64,000 bases of DNA. Origin: Paracoccaceae bacterium (GTDB taxonomy: Bacteria; Pseudomonadota; Alphaproteobacteria; Rhodobacterales; Rhodobacteraceae). The position numbers and the translations under genes are program-made. The stretch is from contig JBFHIW010000008.1 in the NCBI GenBank assembly GCA_041596235.1, positions 12,277-76,276 on the forward strand, given 5' to 3'. The notes beneath the pieces were generated by a model. The model made no database searches. It was not told where the DNA came from and was given only the letters and a program-made list of their open reading frames with translations. Positions 59,762 through 64,000 of this stretch are shown one piece after another. Numbering within the stretch: the stretch's first letter is position 1; each line of letters opens with the position of its first letter.

Positions 59762-60715
59762 ATGGCCGTCAAGACAGGACAGATTTCGGATGGCACGCCG
59801 CAAGCGGCCAATGCCGGAAAGCGCATCGTGCTGGTCACCGGCCCATCTGGCGCAGGACGATCCACCGCGATCAACGCGCTTGAGGACTCGGGCTTTGAGG
59901 CGATCGACAATCTTCCCATATCGATGCTGCCGCGCCTGCTGGACGGGCCGCCACTCAGCCGTCCGCTGGCGCTGGGTCTGGACGTGCGCAACCGTGACTT
60001 CTCGACCAATGCCTTGATCGAGACGATCGACCGGTTGGGCCTGACGCCGGGGCTTGAGCCTGCGCTGCTATATCTCGACAGCCGGACCGAGGTGCTGGAG
60101 CGGCGCTATTCGGAAACGCGACGGCGCCACCCGATGGCACCCGCCGAAAGCCCCGAAATCGGTATTGCGCGCGAACTGGACCTGCTGGGGCCGATCCGCG
60201 CGCGCGCCGATATCCTGATCGACACGTCTGACCTGACGCCGCATGAGCTGCGCGCCGAAATCGAGCGCATGTTCACCGGCGGTGGTGGACGGCATCTGGC
60301 GGTGACGATCAACTCTTTTTCCTACAAGCGCGGCATGCCGCGCGGGATGGACATGGTGTTCGATTGCCGGTTTCTGCGAAATCCCTATTGGGAAGAAAGC
60401 CTGCGCGCGCTGGATGGCCGCGATCCCAGGGTCGCGGCCCATATCGCTGGCGATCCGCGGGAAGATGCGTTCTATGCCAAGGTCCTGGACCTGATCCTGT
60501 TGTTGCTGCCGGCCTACAAGGAAGAGGGAAAGTCCCATTTTGCGATCGGATTCGGGTGTACCGGAGGGCAGCACAGGTCGGTTGCCATGACGGAAAAGCT
60601 GGCCTTGACCCTTGCTAAGGAGGGCTGGCAAGTGTCAATAAGGCATCGCGAACTGGAGCGACGCGATGCCTCTCTGCCAGCCAACCGGCCCGGAGCCGGC
60701 GCAACATTGATGTGA
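59762..60715 (+). CDS. rapZ: RNase adapter protein RapZ (YhbJ family)
   Basis: 317 aa. [30 protein letters not shown] and the C-terminal [10 protein letters not shown]. Confidence 0.85.
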   Translation: MAVKTGQISDGTPQAANAGKRIVLVTGPSGAGRSTAINALEDSGFEAIDNLPISMLPRLLDGPPLSRPLALGLDVRNRDFSTNALIETIDRLGLTPGLEPALLYLDSRTEVLERRYSETRRRHPMAPAESPEIGIARELDLLGPIRARADILIDTSDLTPHELRAEIERMFTGGGGRHLAVTINSFSYKRGMPRGMDMVFDCRFLRNPYWEESLRALDGRDPRVAAHIAGDPREDAFYAKVLDLILLLLPAYKEEGKSHFAIGFGCTGGQHRSVAMTEKLALTLAKEGWQVSIRHRELERRDASLPANRPGAGATLM

Positions 60716-60727
60716 GGGAAAACATCC

Positions 60728-61126
60728 GTGATCGGTATCGTGATCGTCGCCCATGGTGGTCTGGCCAAGGAATATCTTGCCGCCGTCGAGCATGTCGTCG
60801 GCAAGCAGAAGGGCATTCGCGCCATCTCGATCGAGGCTGATCACGATCGCGCCCAGAAGCAGCAGGAGATCATGGAGGCGGCGGATGCGGTCGATACCGG
60901 CAGCGGCGTCGTGGTCGTGACGGACATGTTCGGCGGCTCACCCAGCAACCTGTCCCTGCGCGCCTGCGCGCCTGATGACCGACGTATCCTTTATGGCGCC
61001 AATCTTCCGATGCTGATCAAACTGGCGAAAAGCCGCCATCTGCCGATCGGCGATGCCGTGCGCCATGCGCTGGAAGCAGGCCGCAAGTACATTGACACAC
61101 AGAACATAACTTCGGACCAAGATTAA
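60728..61126 (+). CDS. PTS EIIA component, mannose family (GTG start)
   Basis: 132 aa. IGIVIVAHGGLAKE (phospho-His context) and VVVVTDMFGGSPSN. Confidence 0.8.
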   Translation: MIGIVIVAHGGLAKEYLAAVEHVVGKQKGIRAISIEADHDRAQKQQEIMEAADAVDTGSGVVVVTDMFGGSPSNLSLRACAPDDRRILYGANLPMLIKLAKSRHLPIGDAVRHALEAGRKYIDTQNITSDQD

Positions 61127-61128
61127 TC

Positions 61129-61407
61129 ATGACGCAGACAGTGCACCGCAGCCTGAAGATCATCAATGAAAAGGGTCTTCATGCCCGCGCCTCGGCCAAG
61201 CTTGTGGAAGTGGTGGAAGGGTTCGACGCCACGGCGGAGGTCAGCCGCGAGGGGCTGAGCGCCTCGGGCGACAGTATCATGGGGCTTTTGATGTTGGCAG
61301 CATCGAAAGGAACCACTATTGAGGTTCAGACCAGCGGCCCGGATGCCGGGGCCCTTGCCGATGCCCTTGAGGCCCTTGTGGCCGACCGGTTCGGCGAAGG
61401 CATGTAA
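61129..61407 (+). CDS. ptsH: phosphocarrier protein HPr
   Basis: 92 aa. NEKGLHARASAKLV (His15 context) and GDSIMGLLMLAA (Ser46 context). Confidence 0.85.
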   Translation: MTQTVHRSLKIINEKGLHARASAKLVEVVEGFDATAEVSREGLSASGDSIMGLLMLAASKGTTIEVQTSGPDAGALADALEALVADRFGEGM

Positions 61408-61450
61408 GCCGGCCCTGGGATACTGAGGACGGCACGACAGCGAGCTCGAG

Positions 61451-62335
61451 GTGGTCGATATTCAAGAACATAGCCCCGCAACGGACCACGACGGTCCCGC
61501 CGAGCCGCATCAGACGGTGTACGACCGAGGCAGCCTGACCTATTCGAACACGTTCGACAGCCCGTTGCGCGGGGCAATCATCCGCGTGATGGAGTGGATG
61601 ACCGGAAAGATCAGCATCATCCGGCGCGTCAAGGAATTCGAACAGCGCGGCGCGCCGACCGGCCAGGCCTTCTGGCCGGCAACGATGGATGTGATGGGGA
61701 TCGATCTGCTGACCCCTGCCGAACAGCTGGCGCGCATTCCGGCCAAGGGGCCTGTGGTATTCGTGGCAAACCACCCGCATGGTCTGGTGGACGGGATGAT
61801 CCTTGCCGATCTGATCGGCAGGGTCCGCGATGACTATCGCATCCTGACGCGATCGCTGCTGACGGGCATCGACGAGAGCGCCGCCAGCTACATGATCCCC
61901 GTGCCTTTCCCGCATGAACCCGATGCGCAACGCAAGATGATCGAGATGCGCAACGCGGCGATGGATCACCTGGCACAGGGTGGATTGATCGCATTGTTCC
62001 CCTCGGGTGTGGTGGCGACATCGAAGACCATGTTCGGTCCTGCGATCGAAGCGGAGTGGAACGTCTTTACAGCAAAGATGATCCGCCGCTCGGGGGCGAC
62101 GGTCGTGCCCTGCTATTTCCCGGGATCGAATTCGCGCTGGTATCAGATTGCCAACCGGATTTCGCCCGTGTTGCGGCAGGGGTTGTTGCTGCATGAGGTG
62201 GTGCATGCTTTCGACAAGCCGCAGGCGCCGGTGATCGGGCATCCCATCTCGCCTGAGGAGGCTGATCAGCGCGGTCGTGATCCGCGCGCCTTCATGGCCT
62301 GGCTGCGCGAGCACACCTTGGCCCTGCGGGACTGA
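61451..62335 (+). CDS. lysophospholipid acyltransferase family protein (GTG start)
   Basis: 294 aa. VFVANHPHGLVDG acyltransferase motif and FPSG motif. Confidence 0.65.
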   Translation: MVDIQEHSPATDHDGPAEPHQTVYDRGSLTYSNTFDSPLRGAIIRVMEWMTGKISIIRRVKEFEQRGAPTGQAFWPATMDVMGIDLLTPAEQLARIPAKGPVVFVANHPHGLVDGMILADLIGRVRDDYRILTRSLLTGIDESAASYMIPVPFPHEPDAQRKMIEMRNAAMDHLAQGGLIALFPSGVVATSKTMFGPAIEAEWNVFTAKMIRRSGATVVPCYFPGSNSRWYQIANRISPVLRQGLLLHEVVHAFDKPQAPVIGHPISPEEADQRGRDPRAFMAWLREHTLALRD

Positions 62336-62360
62336 AGGAACCTGCGCGGCAAAACGCGCA

Positions 62361-62424
62361 AGGGGGGCTGTCTGCCCCCCTGTCCCTGCGGGACTCCCCC
62401 CGAGGATATTTCAGGCAAGAAGAT
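62361..62424 (+). repeat. REP-like intergenic repeat, copy d
   Basis: AGGGGGGCTGTCTGCCCCCCTGTCCCTGCGGGACTCCCCCCGAGGATATTTCAGGCAAGAAGAT ends about 3 nt from the stop of hbd (minus strand). Confidence 0.8.
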
Positions 62425-62426
62425 GC

Positions 62427-63302
62427 CTAGCGGGTGGGAACGGGAACCTCGCCGCGATAATCGTAGAAGCCGCGCTGCGTCTTGCGGCCAAGCCAGCCCG
62501 CTTCCACGTATTTTGTCAGCAGCGGGCAGGGGCGGTATTTTGTATCGGCCAGACCGTCATGCAGAACGTTCATGATGGCCAGACAGGTATCCAGCCCGAT
62601 GAAATCCGCAAGTTCCAGCGGCCCCATGGGGTGATTGGCCCCGAGCTTCATGGATTCGTCGATGGATTTCACCGATCCGACGCCTTCATAGAGGGTATAG
62701 ACCGCCTCGTTGATCATGGGCATCAGGATGCGGTTGACGATGAAGGCCGGGAAGTCTTCGGCGGAGGCTGCGGTCTTGCCCAGTTTTTCGACCACCTTGA
62801 GGCAGGCGGCATAGGTGGGTTCATCGGTCGCGATGCCGCGGATCAATTCGACGAGTTGCATGATCGGCACCGGGTTCATGAAGTGGAACCCCATGAACCT
62901 TTCGGGCCGATCGGTGCGGCTGGCCAGTCTGGTGATCGAGATCGACGAGGTGTTGGAGGTCAGGATCGTGTGCGGCGCGAGATGCGGCAGAAGCTCGTCA
63001 AAGATCTTCTGCTTGATCGTCTCGCGCTCTGTTGCCGCCTCGATGATCAGGTCGCAGGGGCCCAGATCCGTCAGCGTCAGTGTCGTTCCGATGCGCGCCA
63101 TCGCGGCATCCTTGTCGACCTGGCTGACCTTGCCGCGGCTGACCTGACGGTCCAAGTTGCGCGAGATCAGCGCGACAGCCGCATCAAGCGCGTCCTGGCT
63201 GATATCGGTCATCAGCACGTCATACCCGGCCAAGGCCATGACATGCGCGATGCCATTGCCCATCTGGCCTGCGCCAACGATGCCGATGCTTTGAATATCC
63301 AT
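62427..63302 (-). CDS. hbd: 3-hydroxybutyryl-CoA dehydrogenase
   Basis: Internal Met MDIQSIGIVGAGQMGNGIAHV... The pattern HFMNPVP...GRKTQRGFYDY is that of the 3-hydroxyacyl-CoA dehydrogenase family (~291 aa). Confidence 0.85.
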   Translation of the reverse strand: MDIQSIGIVGAGQMGNGIAHVMALAGYDVLMTDISQDALDAAVALISRNLDRQVSRGKVSQVDKDAAMARIGTTLTLTDLGPCDLIIEAATERETIKQKIFDELLPHLAPHTILTSNTSSISITRLASRTDRPERFMGFHFMNPVPIMQLVELIRGIATDEPTYAACLKVVEKLGKTAASAEDFPAFIVNRILMPMINEAVYTLYEGVGSVKSIDESMKLGANHPMGPLELADFIGLDTCLAIMNVLHDGLADTKYRPCPLLTKYVEAGWLGRKTQRGFYDYRGEVPVPTR

Positions 63303-63484
63303 GGGCGTCCTGCTTTCCCTATTGCCTGTCGCCGCCGACAATAGGCCGGGGCGGCGGGGCCGTGCAAGGCCACAGGCGCCGGGATGGTTCGTTAATAATT
63401 TCGCTGAATTGCGCGTTTAAGAGAATCGCAAGTTCTTTGCGTGATTCTGCCCGACGGGTGAGTTTCAACAATCGGGTGGGATAG

Positions 63485-64000
63485 ATGAGCTATGACGCAA
63501 TTGGCCAAGGTGGCCTGAACTATTATTCTTGCCGCTACGGACGATCGCGTTTGCTGTTTCGCGGTCCGAGGCGGCGACTTGACGGTGATTATGCCCTCTT
63601 TCTGGGGGGAACCGACACCTACGGGCGTTTCATTGCGAAACCCTTTCCTGCGTTGATCGAAGGCGCGACCGGCCTGAAATGCGTCAATTTCGGTTGGCAG
63701 AACGCAGGGGTGGACGCCTTTTTGAATGACGCCACGGTGATGGAGATTGCCAACCAGTCACGCGTGACGGTCGTGCAGGTCATGGGCGCGCAGAACATGT
63801 CGAACCGGTTCTACGCGGTGCATCCCCGGCGCAATGACCGGTTCCTGAACGCATCCGGCTTGATGAAGCAGATGTTCCGCGATGTCGATTTCACCGATTT
63901 TGCCTTCAACCGGCATATGCTGTCCTCGATCCGGCAGCTTTCACCGGATCGCTACCGCATGATCCGGGAGGAGTTGAAACAGGCCTGGCTGGCGCGCATG
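63485..64000 (+). CDS. conserved hypothetical protein (partial; runs off the right window edge)
   Basis: Open frame from ATG 63485: MSYDAIGQGGLNYYSCRYGRSRLLFRGPRRRLDGDYALFLGGTDTYGRF...NQSRVTVVQVMGAQNMSNRFY..., with G/C-ending codon bias. It is not in the ORF track because no stop falls inside the window. It resembles a Rhodobacteraceae-restricted DUF family. Confidence 0.55.
   Translation, partial: MSYDAIGQGGLNYYSCRYGRSRLLFRGPRRRLDGDYALFLGGTDTYGRFIAKPFPALIEGATGLKCVNFGWQNAGVDAFLNDATVMEIANQSRVTVVQVMGAQNMSNRFYAVHPRRNDRFLNASGLMKQMFRDVDFTDFAFNRHMLSSIRQLSPDRYRMIREELKQAWLARM

Noticed and set aside
62277-63344. A 355-aa + ORF.
   Set aside because: It is antisense to hbd, which has clear Rossmann and HFMNP motifs. 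It is compositional-artefact sequence.
1-64000. Search by eye for tRNA/rRNA genes, CRISPR arrays, transposases, integrases, phage genes, toxin-antitoxin pairs or known defence-system signatures.
   Set aside because: - No T-arm (GGTTCGA-type) or CCA contexts.
- No regularly spaced repeats.
- No DDE or tyrosine-recombinase-like ORFs, and no nuclease/ATPase/methylase clusters.
- Apart from the small islet at 50.4-52.6 kb, the window looks like core chromosome.

Overview
GC-rich alphaproteobacterial chromosome segment; gene content and order look Rhodobacterales/Paracoccus-like. I support about 55 protein-coding genes, tightly packed and mostly housekeeping or transport.

Gene content, left to right:
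- recQ (partial), mepA, yhhQ, arfB
- norspermidine genes nspC and CANSDH
- a ynjBCD-like ABC importer
- a reductive-dehalogenase/reductase fusion
- pncB-pncA, trhO, ugpBAEC
- znuA / zur-znuCB
- adenine deaminase
- a beta-oxidation trio (FadB-like plus two ACADs)
- gcrA, argD-argF, pit, hrpB, meaB
- a probable methylsuccinyl-CoA dehydrogenase
- a small AT-richer islet (XRE, atypical LysR-like, GNAT-like)
- an FAD monooxygenase with its DUF2783 partner
- pckA divergent from chvI-chvG-hprK-rapZ-EIIA-HPr
- hbd

By eye I found no rRNA, tRNA, CRISPR array, transposase, integrase or recognisable defence system. Many long listed ORFs are antisense shadows typical of high-GC DNA.

Most noteworthy observations:
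1. A self-sufficient RdhA-PDR-type reductive dehalogenase gene is split by a single in-frame TAG inside a conserved motif.
2. A structured leader or sRNA lies directly upstream of the ribosome-rescue gene arfB. It has a perfect -35, a very strong SD, an 18-codon ORF rich in A/T-ending codons, an internal anti-SD and a GNRA-loop intrinsic terminator.
3. A REP-like repeat family has five copies, and each copy starts 0-11 nt after a stop codon. Two inverted copies bracket argF.
4. A translationally coupled pair encodes a Tat-exported dioxygenase-like protein and a YedZ-like heme-b membrane protein.
5. A LuxR-type HTH gene is frameshifted.
6. Tandem direct repeats, bracketed by an inverted repeat, sit in the pckA-chvI intergenic region.

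All functional calls come from my own recognition of the translated sequences, not from database searches.
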